From the NCBI GenBank assembly GCA_022841985.1, contig JALHQL010000005.1, positions 4,267 to 68,266 on the forward strand: a stretch of 64,000 nucleotides of DNA, given 5' to 3'. Under the pieces are notes generated by a model. That model was not told the origin of the DNA. It saw nothing but the letters and a program-made list of their open reading frames with translations, and ran no database searches. Shown here one piece after another: positions 9,057-19,035 of the stretch. A program made the translations under genes and the position numbers. Every line of letters starts with the position of its first letter. Positions within the stretch are counted from its first letter, which is position 1. Origin of the DNA: Minisyncoccota bacterium. Lineage in GTDB: Bacteria; Patescibacteriota; Minisyncoccia; Phycocordibacterales; Phycocordibacteraceae.

Positions 9057-10556
9057 ATGACACAAGCTGTTTGTTTGGTAATTCCACCCTCCCCATTCCT
9101 CTTGGACGAACGCGTGTTTCCTTTCCTCGGAGCCCTCAAAGTAGCGGCAGTGCTTGAAGAAGCAGGATGGCCAGTCGAAGTCCTTGACCTCTCCGGTATC
9201 AAAAACTTCACCGAAGCGGTAAAAGATTACGCAGGTAGCTCGGTGCCACGGCACTTCGGTATTACTGCGACGACGCCACAATTTCCCGCCGCCGTTCAGA
9301 TTGCAAACGCAATCCGCAAGGTCAAGGAAGATGCGAGGATTATCATCGGCGGTCCGCACGCAACTCTCGTTGTTGCCGCATGCAAATACGAAGTTGCTCA
9401 CAAAAGTGTCGGTCGCGCACATGATGCGTATCATCAACTCGAGACAAATTTCGATGTCATCGTTGCTGGCGATGGGGAAGAAACTATCTTTCCTGCGGTA
9501 AAAGATGATGCACCGAAACTGATCGATGCGGATGATAGAAAATCTGCGTACTTCCTCACTGATGCAGAGCTCGATAGGACTCCTTTCCCAGCGCGGCATC
9601 TTATCGATCTTCCAAGTTATCGGTACACCATTGATGGCGTACCGGCTCTCTCGCTCATTGCTCAACTCGGATGTCCGTACAATTGCGGTTTTTGCGCAGG
9701 ACGGGCTTCTCCCATGTTGCGTAACATCCGTACGAGAAGCAACGAGAGCATTGTCGAAGAGATGAAGTTCCTATATCGGACGTACGCGTACCGAGGCTTC
9801 ATGTTCTACGATGATGAACTTAATGTAAGTCCGAAGATCATTGATCTGATGCAAAAAATCACCAAAGCGGGAAGTGATCTGTCGGTGGAATGGAAGTTGC
9901 GAGGATTCATTAAGTCCGAACGTTTTACCGACGAACAAGCGCAGGCGATGTTTGAAGCCGGCTTCCGGCAGATACTTATCGGATTCGAATCGGGATCGCC
10001 GCGTATTCTGAAGAATATTCAGAAGGGCGCGACACTCGAGGACAATACCCGATGCATGCATATTGCGAATCGGCACCATCTCAAAGTAAAAGCTTTGATG
10101 TCTCTCGGGCATCCCGGTGAATCTGAGGAAACTATCGCGCAAACGCTTGATTGGCTTATCGAGGTGAGACCATCCGATTTCGATGTATCAATCATAACCC
10201 CCTATCCGGGTTCACCGTACTATGATCATGCGCTTCCCATCGAAGCGCGTCGTGGCGGTAAGTCGGTATGGGTCTATTCCGCCAAGAATGGAGACCGTCT
10301 TTATCAAGAAGAGGTCAACTATACGAAGGAAGCCGATTATTACAAAGGAGATCCAAATGAGGGCTATGTTTCCCACGTATGGACCGATCATGTGAGCCCC
10401 GAAATGCTCGTGTTGCGTCGTAACGAACTTGAGCATGAGGTTCGCGAAAAGCTCAGCATCCCATTCAATCAAAGCCGTCCGGCTACCATGTACGAGTCGT
10501 CCATGGGCCAGACTCCATTACTTCAAATTCTTCGTAATGCCACACCCCTCCCTTGA
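9057..10556 (+). CDS. B12-binding-domain radical SAM protein
   Basis: N-terminal cobalamin-binding-like domain (VCLVIPPSPFLLDERVFPFLGALKVAAVLEEAGW). CxxxCxxC motif CPYNCGFCAG. A Shine-Dalgarno-like AAAGGATG lies upstream. Confidence 0.8.
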   Translation: MTQAVCLVIPPSPFLLDERVFPFLGALKVAAVLEEAGWPVEVLDLSGIKNFTEAVKDYAGSSVPRHFGITATTPQFPAAVQIANAIRKVKEDARIIIGGPHATLVVAACKYEVAHKSVGRAHDAYHQLETNFDVIVAGDGEETIFPAVKDDAPKLIDADDRKSAYFLTDAELDRTPFPARHLIDLPSYRYTIDGVPALSLIAQLGCPYNCGFCAGRASPMLRNIRTRSNESIVEEMKFLYRTYAYRGFMFYDDELNVSPKIIDLMQKITKAGSDLSVEWKLRGFIKSERFTDEQAQAMFEAGFRQILIGFESGSPRILKNIQKGATLEDNTRCMHIANRHHLKVKALMSLGHPGESEETIAQTLDWLIEVRPSDFDVSIITPYPGSPYYDHALPIEARRGGKSVWVYSAKNGDRLYQEEVNYTKEADYYKGDPNEGYVSHVWTDHVSPEMLVLRRNELEHEVREKLSIPFNQSRPATMYESSMGQTPLLQILRNATPLP

Positions 10557-10572
10557 GGGGTGTGTTTTTATA
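10541..10572 (+). terminator. strong rho-independent terminator
   Basis: Perfect 10-bp stem CACACCCCTC / GAGGGGTGTG with loop CCTT, followed by TTTTTA. The stem spans the stop codon of the radical SAM gene. Confidence 0.8.
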
Positions 10573-10607
10573 TATTGAACAGAATATTACAAAAATAAGA
10601 TTTTCTG

Positions 10608-11441
10608 CTATCGCCACGCGAATATCATATAGGCGTGAGATGTCTCGTGGCCGACGACCTGATGTGGAGGTGCAGTTGGTTCGACGAACGTATGAAATCC
10701 ATTTTTCTCAAGCAGGGAGAGCATCTCTGAGAGTGGACGAGTAAAGAATCCAGGGATGTAATGGTATTCAAGTTGAATTTCGGCAACGGAACGTAATTTT
10801 TGGTGGGCAACCAGCTCCTCTAAAACATCGAATTCTGGCCCCTCAATGTCTATCTTGAGAAAATCTATATGGCTTGTGATGTAGTGCGAAAGAGTGTCGA
10901 CTTCTACGGTATACGAGTTGAGGGAGCGGCCTCTTTTCCCTAAATGGTTCGCAACACTCCCTCCGCTGCTTGTAGCAATTTTGTTCTCGACAAAAAACTC
11001 TGCAGTGCCTTTTTCTTTCCCAAGGGCATAAGGAAAGACTTGCACGTCATTTCCCCAATTATTTGCGGCGATATTTTTCTCGAGCACTGCTCGGGCGGCG
11101 GGATTTGGCTCGAAACATATCACCTGTGCATGCGGCGCACGAATTTTAATGTAGAGAAGAGATACACCGATATTCGCACCGCAATCAATTACCCGAATAG
11201 GGGTGTCAGTGAAGGGAATAACATATGTCTCTTTGAAGAAGATTTCGGAGAAGAGTCCATCAAAATATGCAATTGAGGGAAAACAAAATACGTATGGCCC
11301 CACGGGAATGTGTGCAAGAGTGTTCTCTTGAGGCGGGCTTATTTTGTTCCCTATATACGCGAATGTAAAAACACCTGCGGCCTTAAGGCCAATAAGCGCG
11401 CGGAGTTGCGAAAAATAGCCGATGAATCTTAGTAGTCTCAT
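10608..11441 (-). CDS. FkbM-family methyltransferase
   Basis: VIDCGANIGVSLLYIK and the overall FkbM-domain layout. Confidence 0.75.
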   Translation of the reverse strand: MRLLRFIGYFSQLRALIGLKAAGVFTFAYIGNKISPPQENTLAHIPVGPYVFCFPSIAYFDGLFSEIFFKETYVIPFTDTPIRVIDCGANIGVSLLYIKIRAPHAQVICFEPNPAARAVLEKNIAANNWGNDVQVFPYALGKEKGTAEFFVENKIATSSGGSVANHLGKRGRSLNSYTVEVDTLSHYITSHIDFLKIDIEGPEFDVLEELVAHQKLRSVAEIQLEYHYIPGFFTRPLSEMLSLLEKNGFHTFVEPTAPPHQVVGHETSHAYMIFAWR

Positions 11442-11902
11442 TTAGGTAGGGTTACAGGCAGTGTATTTTGTTCTCGGTGCTCTTTCTTTCCCCATACAAA
11501 AAGGTGGTAAAACGTGTAATTCCACGCGAACCCGATCATAACGCCAGCCAGATAAGCGCCGGTGATGAGAAGTTGACTGCTCGTCTGGCGTTCAGTTATG
11601 AATACAAACACATATTGAAGCAGAACAGAACCGCTTACCACCATATGGAAGCGTGCAAGGCGCGATACGTATGAGGCGTTGTGCTGACGATCATGAAATG
11701 AAAAGCGATTATTGAGATAAAAGTTTGTGAGAATTCCAATTTCCGCACCGATCAAAACCGCGGTGCTGGGAGGGACTATTTGCAGGTAGATGCCGAGGAT
11801 TTGAAACGCTGTCGTTTGTACCAAAAACCCAGTACTTCCGACGAGACAAATACGTAAGAATCGTGAACCCAAAAAGGCATGTATCCATGCTCGTGCAGTC
11901 AT
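11438..11902 (-). CDS. GtrA-family membrane protein (polysaccharide synthesis/flippase-associated)
   Basis: A 154-aa four-TM protein with a GtrA-like sequence (LVGSTGFLVQTTAFQILG...NNRFSFHD). ATGA overlap with the FkbM gene. Confidence 0.75.
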   Translation of the reverse strand: MTARAWIHAFLGSRFLRICLVGSTGFLVQTTAFQILGIYLQIVPPSTAVLIGAEIGILTNFYLNNRFSFHDRQHNASYVSRLARFHMVVSGSVLLQYVFVFITERQTSSQLLITGAYLAGVMIGFAWNYTFYHLFVWGKKEHREQNTLPVTLPK

Positions 11903-11965
11903 GTTTCTGTACTATAGCGTACTCATATCGTAGAATGAAAAGGATACCTCTCAAGTATAGTACGC

Positions 11966-12658
11966 ATGCGTTATAAAAAATTATCCATACTTATTCCCGC
12001 ATGGAATGAGGAGAAAACTATTTTAGAACTGTTGAAGCGGGTTATTGCCGCTGATATAGGCCCACTTGAGAAGGAAATATTCGTCATTGATAATAACTCC
12101 ACTGATGGAACGGCTAAAATCGCGGGTTCTGTACCTGGCGTCCGTGTACTACAAGAAACTCGTCCAGGGAAGGGAGCAGCACTTAAATGCGGTATCAGAG
12201 AGGCGAGTGGAGACTTAATTATTTTTCAGGACGCCGATTTAGAGTACGACCCTAATGATTATGCAACAGTATTGCAGCCAATACTCGATACAAAAACAGA
12301 GATAGTACTTGGGGTTCGGATAGAAGCGAGGCACAATCATCCTCTCATTTATTATTTCGGCTGGATGGGAAATGCTCTCATTACTCTGACGACCAATCTC
12401 TTATATTTGAATTCCGCCAAAGAATATGAAGGGTGCTATAAAGCGTTTACAGCGTCCCTCATACGGTCGGTCCAAATTAAAACGGACAATTTTGATTTTG
12501 ATAATGAGTTAGTGTGCAAACTGTTGAAGAAAGGACATCATACTATTGATGTGCCGATACATTACTATCCGCGAGGTTACGAAGAGGGCAAAAAAATAAA
12601 TTGGCGTCACGGGGTCTTGATCTTGTGGACCGTCATCAAATACCGTTTTGTTGATTAA
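11966..12658 (+). CDS. glycosyltransferase family 2, polyprenyl-phosphate sugar synthase (GtrB/DPM1-like)
   Basis: [14 protein letters not shown]...[10 protein letters not shown]...DADLEY has DxD, the GT2 catalytic-domain signature. It sits divergent to gtrA. Confidence 0.8.
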   Translation: MRYKKLSILIPAWNEEKTILELLKRVIAADIGPLEKEIFVIDNNSTDGTAKIAGSVPGVRVLQETRPGKGAALKCGIREASGDLIIFQDADLEYDPNDYATVLQPILDTKTEIVLGVRIEARHNHPLIYYFGWMGNALITLTTNLLYLNSAKEYEGCYKAFTASLIRSVQIKTDNFDFDNELVCKLLKKGHHTIDVPIHYYPRGYEEGKKINWRHGVLILWTVIKYRFVD

Positions 12659-12707
12659 TTGATAATGCGCACCTCTTTCCCAAGTTAGGATAATCGAAGG
12701 CAGATAC

Positions 12708-14126
12708 CTACGGATGTATGCGCGAGTATCTGTTTTTCAGTATGTGCCACAATATCGATGCGCCCTGTACCGCCAATAAGAGCATAAAAGGAGCTGCTGG
12801 AATGCGGTAGCGATGTTCGGTCACAGGCCCTGTTAAGAATGCGAAGTACAATATGAACAGTGAAGAAAAACAGACAAACCAAAGCGATGAAGATCGCCTT
12901 ACGAGTGCATGGGTCAGTGCAAAGAGCCATAGAGAAGTAATAAGTATCCATGGGATAGACCCGGCAAGGAGCATCCATAAGTTCGGACTTGGCGAAGTGA
13001 AAGAATGTATGATGCCAGCGATATCTTTGCGAAGTAACATGTCGCTAAAATTAGTTTGGTCAGGCGGAATCGGTATAATGCCGGTTATTCGATTCATATC
13101 GCGTACACCATCGGTCACGAAGAAAGGGAGGGTTTTTATTATGTGGAACTTAAGATATGCGAGATAGTTTCCTTGCAGGCTGTCATGCATCAGTTTTTCA
13201 AATACAGGCTTATTCGCGAGTGATTGAACGGGGCCTGTGGTAGAAGCGAATGGGGCGTAATAGATTTTGAATGCCTCTGCGAGAGGAATCTGCTGGTTGT
13301 GGGCGTAGAAAAGCGGAAGATTATACAGTGTAAAATTTACATAGGGTGTAACAGAAAGATCAAATACTCCGTACAGAGAATGATTGCGGAGCGACCAAGG
13401 GCCTATAACTAATAAGATGCCGATTACGAAGACACCAATTTTTGCAATGCTTTCAGAAAATGGCCGCAATTTATCTGAGTAGAGCACACCATAGGCAAGA
13501 ATAAGTAATGGGGGTAAGTAGAGTGCGATGGTTCTCATCAGTATTGCAAACCCAAGCAATGCTCCGCAGAGAAATAAAACATAAAGGTCTTTTTTGAAAC
13601 TTTCTCGCTTATGAAAAAAAAGATAGATTGAGAGGAGTAGTATAAAGACGAATATCGTATCGGACATTACGAAGGTCGAAAAGAAAACAGACGTTGGCTC
13701 AATACACAGAAGAATAGCAGCGACCGTAGCAATTTTTTCAGATAAGAATTTTTTTCCGAGGAGGTAGGTGAGTACGACAGTGCCACTTCCGAGCATCATT
13801 TGGAGAAATATGATGAGGACGATAGGAAACCCGAGAAGCTGGAAAAAATACAAAAAGAACGGATACCCTGGTAGACGGAAACTCTCCGGGACAAAAGGTG
13901 GTGAAGGGGAAAGAGAATACCCGTTACCCTGCAAGAGGTTCTGTGACAGAATGTGGTAACTTAAAGAATCTCCTTCATTTACGGGATAGTTCGAAGCGCT
14001 TTGAGGGAGGTGTCCCAGGACGACAAACCATTGCCAAAGGAGGAGAAAGACAATCGTTTGTACGCAGAAGGCTACGATAAAAAGAAGTATCTCTTTTTTG
14101 TATTGCGTATACCACTCTCTATTCAT
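12708..14126 (-). CDS. polytopic membrane glycosyltransferase, GT-C fold (ArnT/PMT/GtrC-like)
   Basis: A 472-aa protein with about 11-13 hydrophobic segments throughout. The N-terminal region resembles the GT39/GT83 family. Confidence 0.6.
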   Translation of the reverse strand: MNREWYTQYKKEILLFIVAFCVQTIVFLLLWQWFVVLGHLPQSASNYPVNEGDSLSYHILSQNLLQGNGYSLSPSPPFVPESFRLPGYPFFLYFFQLLGFPIVLIIFLQMMLGSGTVVLTYLLGKKFLSEKIATVAAILLCIEPTSVFFSTFVMSDTIFVFILLLSIYLFFHKRESFKKDLYVLFLCGALLGFAILMRTIALYLPPLLILAYGVLYSDKLRPFSESIAKIGVFVIGILLVIGPWSLRNHSLYGVFDLSVTPYVNFTLYNLPLFYAHNQQIPLAEAFKIYYAPFASTTGPVQSLANKPVFEKLMHDSLQGNYLAYLKFHIIKTLPFFVTDGVRDMNRITGIIPIPPDQTNFSDMLLRKDIAGIIHSFTSPSPNLWMLLAGSIPWILITSLWLFALTHALVRRSSSLWFVCFSSLFILYFAFLTGPVTEHRYRIPAAPFMLLLAVQGASILWHILKNRYSRIHP

Positions 14127-14167
14127 ACAGACAAGTATACTACCTACAGGAGTGTCACTTCCGCGCC

Positions 14168-15337
14168 ATGTATGGGATTATAGAGAATATGAAGCTGTAT
14201 TATGTTGCCAATGCTCGTATGCCGACCGAAAAAGCGCATGGCATCCAAATAGCCAAAATGTGCGAGGCTTTTATCGAGACCGGAATCGAGGTCACACTTA
14301 TTGCGCCACATCGCGCGACCGATTCGCGTTCACTTCGTGAATACTACGGACTCCGCGTTGATGTTCCGCTCGTATGTCTGCCAGCGCTTGATTGGTATAC
14401 GGGTGGGCGTATTGGCTACCGGGTAGCTTCGGTATCTTTCATGGTTTCGTATGTATTTTTTCTATGGAACCAGAAAAGAAAAGGTGAACAGTTTGTTCTC
14501 TATACTGTTGATTTAGACAACTACTCGTCCACAGCGCTCGCATTTCTTGGCGCGCCCCTCTATTCAGAAATGCACGGCGGTAAGCCAAAGACGATTGCAC
14601 AGCGGGTACTTTTTAATAAGGTGAAAGGCATTATTGCAATCAATAAGATTATCGTTAAGGAATTGCAAGATACATTTCCGAAATCCTCAACGCGTTATCT
14701 TGTTGAGCCGAATGGTGTCGATGTATCAAAATTTTCTCAGATAGAAAAACACGAAGCGCGAGCGAAGCTCGGGCTTCCACTCGGCGTGCCGATTGTTCTT
14801 TATCTCGGAAGATTCTTCGAATGGAAAGGGTTGGAGATTTTACCTGCAGCGGCAATACGGACCTCGTCTGTTCATTGGCAACTTGTCGGTGGCGACGAGA
14901 AAGATTTTACTCATATTGTAAAGATGGCGTTACCTGATAATATGTTTTTCGCTGGTAGTCGTCCGCACAACGAAGTGCCGGTATGGTTTGCGGCAGCGGA
15001 TGCACTTTTGGTACTAGGAACAGTTCGCGACATACAATCGTATCGCTATACTTCGCCTATGAAACTTTTTGAATACTTAGCTTCCGGCAATCCAATTATT
15101 GCAAGTAATACTCCTGCTATTCGCGAGATTGTTTCAGAAAGTGAAGTATCATTTTACGAGCCAGATGATGCGGAAAATCTTGCGCGTGTGCTAGAGTCAG
15201 TGCTTACCCAGGGTTCGGAAATTGCCTTGAAGAATGAGGCCGCACAGCGTTTGGCAAAAAAGTTTTCGTGGAGTGCTCGTGCCGCGCGTATCGGGCAATT
15301 CATAGAAGGGAATACTACCGTACACACCCATGTCTAA
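14168..15337 (+). CDS. glycosyltransferase family 4
   Basis: LGRFFEWKGLEIL and the C-terminal GT4 motifs. The alternative start is Met at 14189. Confidence 0.8.
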   Translation: MYGIIENMKLYYVANARMPTEKAHGIQIAKMCEAFIETGIEVTLIAPHRATDSRSLREYYGLRVDVPLVCLPALDWYTGGRIGYRVASVSFMVSYVFFLWNQKRKGEQFVLYTVDLDNYSSTALAFLGAPLYSEMHGGKPKTIAQRVLFNKVKGIIAINKIIVKELQDTFPKSSTRYLVEPNGVDVSKFSQIEKHEARAKLGLPLGVPIVLYLGRFFEWKGLEILPAAAIRTSSVHWQLVGGDEKDFTHIVKMALPDNMFFAGSRPHNEVPVWFAAADALLVLGTVRDIQSYRYTSPMKLFEYLASGNPIIASNTPAIREIVSESEVSFYEPDDAENLARVLESVLTQGSEIALKNEAAQRLAKKFSWSARAARIGQFIEGNTTVHTHV

Positions 15338-16208
15338 TTTAGACTTACTTTCTTACCGTAGTATTGTCATGTCTGAACATGGGGAAGATGGTGTTCTTAA
15401 AAAAATATTTGAAATCATCGGCGAAGGTTCTAAATGGTGTGTAGACCTTGGAGCCCTAAATGGTGTGCATGGCAGCAATGTGTGGCATCTAATAAAAGAA
15501 CGAGGATGGTCTGGAGTGTTGATTGAGGCCGATCAGACCTATTTTGAAAAATTAAAGCAGGAATATGCAGGTCTTGAGCGTGTTCACTGCGTAAATACTT
15601 TTGTTTCTTTTGAAGGGACGCAATCTCTCGATACCATTTTTGTTCAAACACCCCTGCCGCAGGTGTTTGATCTTTTTTCTTTGGATATTGATGGGAACGA
15701 ATATCATCTTTGGGAATCGCTCTCTGAGTATCGTCCGCGAGTTATGGTGGTTGAATTCAATCCCACCATCCCAAATGACATACTATTTATTCAACCACGG
15801 GACATGAAGGTCTTTCAGGGTTCATCGCTGCGCGCCTTAGTAGAGCTAGGAAAACGAAAAGGGTATGAATTAGTCGCTGCGAACGAAGTGAATGCTTTTT
15901 TTGTACTAAAAGAATTATTTCCGAAGTTCGGGATAAAGGATAATTCCATTGAGGCACTACATACCAACCATGAGTATGAGACGAGACTCTTTCAGCTCTA
16001 TGACGGTACTCTGCGTATTTCGGGCTACAATCGTTTGCTATGGCACAACCTTCCTCTTGATGTTGAAAAGCTCCAGGTTTTACCCAAGTGGTCCCGCTAC
16101 TACCCAGCTCGGATTCATGAGAATGGTAGCTTTCGAGCATTAAAATACTGGGTCAGGAAATTTCCGGTGTACCAGTTACTTCAACAAGTGCGCTCGTTAC
16201 TGAAGTAA
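15330..16208 (+). CDS. FkbM-family methyltransferase-like protein
   Basis: SEHGEDGVLKKIFEII...CVDLGALNGVHGSNVWHLIKERGWSGVLIEADQTYFEKLK matches the FkbM-domain N-terminal consensus. It overlaps the upstream gene by 8 nt. Confidence 0.55.
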   Translation: MSNLDLLSYRSIVMSEHGEDGVLKKIFEIIGEGSKWCVDLGALNGVHGSNVWHLIKERGWSGVLIEADQTYFEKLKQEYAGLERVHCVNTFVSFEGTQSLDTIFVQTPLPQVFDLFSLDIDGNEYHLWESLSEYRPRVMVVEFNPTIPNDILFIQPRDMKVFQGSSLRALVELGKRKGYELVAANEVNAFFVLKELFPKFGIKDNSIEALHTNHEYETRLFQLYDGTLRISGYNRLLWHNLPLDVEKLQVLPKWSRYYPARIHENGSFRALKYWVRKFPVYQLLQQVRSLLK

Positions 16209-16227
16209 CCTGCTACGATACCTGCAT

Positions 16228-16920
16228 ATGAAATTTCTTTCCTCACTACGAACAAAGATCGGTGTCGCTATTGTTAACATAGTCCGTGCACGGCATGGCG
16301 TTGTTATTTTCTTTCAAGATGAAGCACGACGTCGCGATCTCGATACGATTCGTCGGGTGAGTCGCGAGACGAAAATGCTCATATCAGATCATGAGGCGTA
16401 TCAACTGATGATGGCAGTTCGGCGCACAAAAAAAATACCGGGTGATATTGCCGAGGTCGGCACGTATCGTGGAGGTTCTTCAAAACTTATTGCGATTGCG
16501 CGCGGTGACGACAGTCCTAAACACATGTATCTTTTCGATACATTTGAAGGCCTGCCTCCTCTCACTGATATAGATCGTTCGCATTTTACCGACGAACAGT
16601 ATCCTGCCGACATCGTCGAAGTAAAAACCTATTTATCATTGTATCCCAAAGTGTCTCTGCATAAAGGTGTGTTTCCAAGGAGTGCCGGTCCGGTACAATC
16701 AAAACGTTTTTCCTTCGTCCATCTCGATGTGGATTTATATGAAGCTACTCGTGACTCGATTGAGTTTTTCTATCCGCGTATGGAAAAGGGCGCGGTACTC
16801 ATTTCACATGATTATTCAACCGCTCCTGGTGTTCGCAAAGCTATTGACGAATTTATGGCCAATAAACCCGAAGCCGTTTTTGAGTCATCGTGGCGTCAGT
16901 GTTTTATCGTAAAAGGGTAA
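16228..16920 (+). CDS. TylF/MycF-family (macrocin-type) sugar O-methyltransferase
   Basis: IAEVGTYRGGSS...LFDTFEGLP...VHLDVDLYEATRDSIEFFYPRMEKGAVLISHDY matches the TylF family layout. Confidence 0.7.
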   Translation: MKFLSSLRTKIGVAIVNIVRARHGVVIFFQDEARRRDLDTIRRVSRETKMLISDHEAYQLMMAVRRTKKIPGDIAEVGTYRGGSSKLIAIARGDDSPKHMYLFDTFEGLPPLTDIDRSHFTDEQYPADIVEVKTYLSLYPKVSLHKGVFPRSAGPVQSKRFSFVHLDVDLYEATRDSIEFFYPRMEKGAVLISHDYSTAPGVRKAIDEFMANKPEAVFESSWRQCFIVKG

Positions 16921-16923
16921 ATA

Positions 16924-17934
16924 ATGAAAATACACAAAGCTCTTACTTTCCGTGCCTCGTCTATCGGCGATTGTTTAATGGGGAAGTACCTATTGGAAAA
17001 TATACATATGCAATTTCCTGATGCTCGCCTTGGTATTGTCGTCGCAAGTCGTGCGGAAATGATTCGCGACTTATTCAGAGCATATCCATGGCTTGAAATT
17101 ATAGAGGCAAATCGGCGAAGTCCGAGAACTCTCTTTTGGCTTTGGAGACATTTTCGCAATAGTGACCTAATCGTCACACAATATGCAGGAAAGCCTGGAG
17201 GGAGTTTTTCCCTATGGAGCAAGCTCGCCGCACGAGTGCTAGCGAAACGAGGCGGTCTCACTGGCTTTGCCGATGTTTCAATATGGAATACCGTACTCTA
17301 CGACCAAATAGTTCCTATCCAATCTGACGTCGCCATCATTGAACATGAGCGCGCGGCATTGCGCGCGGTAGGAATTCTTGTGCCACTGCGGTTTCCCACG
17401 CTTTCGTTTGTGCGTGATGATGCTGTGCTCGCGCGCTTTAAGCTTCAGGCGGGGAAGTATATCGTAGCTCATCTTTTTTCAGGGAGTGCGGGGCGAGGTC
17501 TACATCCGGATAAAAAACGCGAGTTGCTTGCCTTACTTGCTGAAAAACTTCCAGATACATCACTTGTGATAAGTGGTGGGCAAGCCAATAAAGTAGAAGC
17601 GTTACGCATGACAGAACATCTCACTACCACCATTGTTGCAGGCGATACTACACTTCAAGAACTTATGAATATCATTGCGCATAGTCGTGGCGTCATGAGT
17701 CTTGATACAGGAGTGGCCCATATTGCAGCGCAACTTCATAGACCGCTTATCGTCATGCGTACCTGTATCGGAGCACATTGGTGGCTTCCAGGGCAGTATG
17801 GGGAACATGCTCCTGTCTCCGTCTTTTCTTCCGACGCTCTCTGTACCGGTGTAGGACATGTGTATAAAAACTACCCCGACTGTATGAATGCCATCAATAT
17901 GCAGGAAGTATCTCAGCAAGTTTCATTACTATGA
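16924..17934 (+). CDS. glycosyltransferase family 9 (heptosyltransferase-like)
   Basis: N-terminus ASSIGDCLMG resembles the GT9 motif RLSAIGD. C-terminus has VMSLDTGVAHIAAQLHRPLIVM, as in GT9. Confidence 0.6.
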   Translation: MKIHKALTFRASSIGDCLMGKYLLENIHMQFPDARLGIVVASRAEMIRDLFRAYPWLEIIEANRRSPRTLFWLWRHFRNSDLIVTQYAGKPGGSFSLWSKLAARVLAKRGGLTGFADVSIWNTVLYDQIVPIQSDVAIIEHERAALRAVGILVPLRFPTLSFVRDDAVLARFKLQAGKYIVAHLFSGSAGRGLHPDKKRELLALLAEKLPDTSLVISGGQANKVEALRMTEHLTTTIVAGDTTLQELMNIIAHSRGVMSLDTGVAHIAAQLHRPLIVMRTCIGAHWWLPGQYGEHAPVSVFSSDALCTGVGHVYKNYPDCMNAINMQEVSQQVSLL

Positions 17935-19004
17935 CCGTTCACTTTTTTACCTTTAGTGATGCGAAGGGAGGATCATCACGGCAACGGGCGTTTCGTGTAG
18001 CGGAAGAACTGCGTGTACGTGGAATTATGACGGAGATACATTGGCCACCAGTCCTTCTTATGTCGAGAACGCCATGGCCAAAGAAATTCTTACTACTCAT
18101 TGCGACAATTCGTTCTCTCTTTTCAATCAAGAAAGAAGATGTTGTCTATTTGCAGAGGACCATCTCAAATAAATATTTCTTTGTCATCATGGCCGCATAT
18201 CTTTATGTGTTTCGGCGGAAAATGATTTTTGATTTTGACGATCCGGTTTACGTGCATAGTTTTTTCAAAACAAAAACGTTTACACGTATGGCCAATACGG
18301 TCATCGTGTCTACTCACGGACAAGCGGAGTGGGCAAGAAAATTTAACCCAAACATTCACATTGCTCATATTTCAGTAGATTTTCCCGCTTTCAAAAAATT
18401 CACCAAAGACTACGGAAAAATACAGAACCCACTCGTTATTGGTTGGGTAGGAACGGGACCTGAACATATTTATAATTTAGAAATCCTCGCGTCTGTTTTT
18501 AGAAAGCTCGCTACAAGAACAACGATTCCTTTCAAATTTGTGCTCATTGGAGCACTCAAGAACAAACAAGTGTATGAGCTATTTCAGCAAATCCCTGCTC
18601 TCAAAGTTGAGTTTATCGATACGTTGGATTGGACGAATCCAGAGAGTGTTCCGCGAGAGATTCAGAAGTTTGATATCGGAGTCTTACCACATCGAAGTGA
18701 TGGTGAGTGGAACAAGAGCAAGACGTCTCTTAAGAATCTCGAATATATGGCATGTGGTGTCCCCGTCATCTGCAGTTCATTTGGCGAGATGCCCTATGTT
18801 ATTCAGGACGGTGTAAATGGCTACCTTGCGAGCACTGAAGAAGAGTGGGTAGAAAAGCTCAGTAAACTTCTTTCTGACAAAGAATTGCGCATGACGCTTG
18901 GACGCGCTGGGCAAGAACAGGTGCGAACAGAGTATTGTTACGATGCTCTTATTCCGAAATATGAGAAGATCATCGCGTCTTTGGCTCCTTCGGAGCCTCG
19001 TTGA
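17931..19004 (+). CDS. glycosyltransferase family 4
   Basis: NLEYMACGVPVICSSFGEMPYVIQDGVNGYL is a GT4 motif. ATGA overlap. Confidence 0.75.
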   Translation: MTVHFFTFSDAKGGSSRQRAFRVAEELRVRGIMTEIHWPPVLLMSRTPWPKKFLLLIATIRSLFSIKKEDVVYLQRTISNKYFFVIMAAYLYVFRRKMIFDFDDPVYVHSFFKTKTFTRMANTVIVSTHGQAEWARKFNPNIHIAHISVDFPAFKKFTKDYGKIQNPLVIGWVGTGPEHIYNLEILASVFRKLATRTTIPFKFVLIGALKNKQVYELFQQIPALKVEFIDTLDWTNPESVPREIQKFDIGVLPHRSDGEWNKSKTSLKNLEYMACGVPVICSSFGEMPYVIQDGVNGYLASTEEEWVEKLSKLLSDKELRMTLGRAGQEQVRTEYCYDALIPKYEKIIASLAPSEPR

Positions 19005-19035
19005 TTAAAGGGTCTTGGTAGAGTAGCCTAGGGGC

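Noticed and set aside
9036-9665. 209-aa minus-strand ORF overlapping the start of the radical SAM gene
   Set aside because: It is antisense to a well-supported B12-radical SAM CDS that has a good RBS and family motifs. No homology signal is visible.
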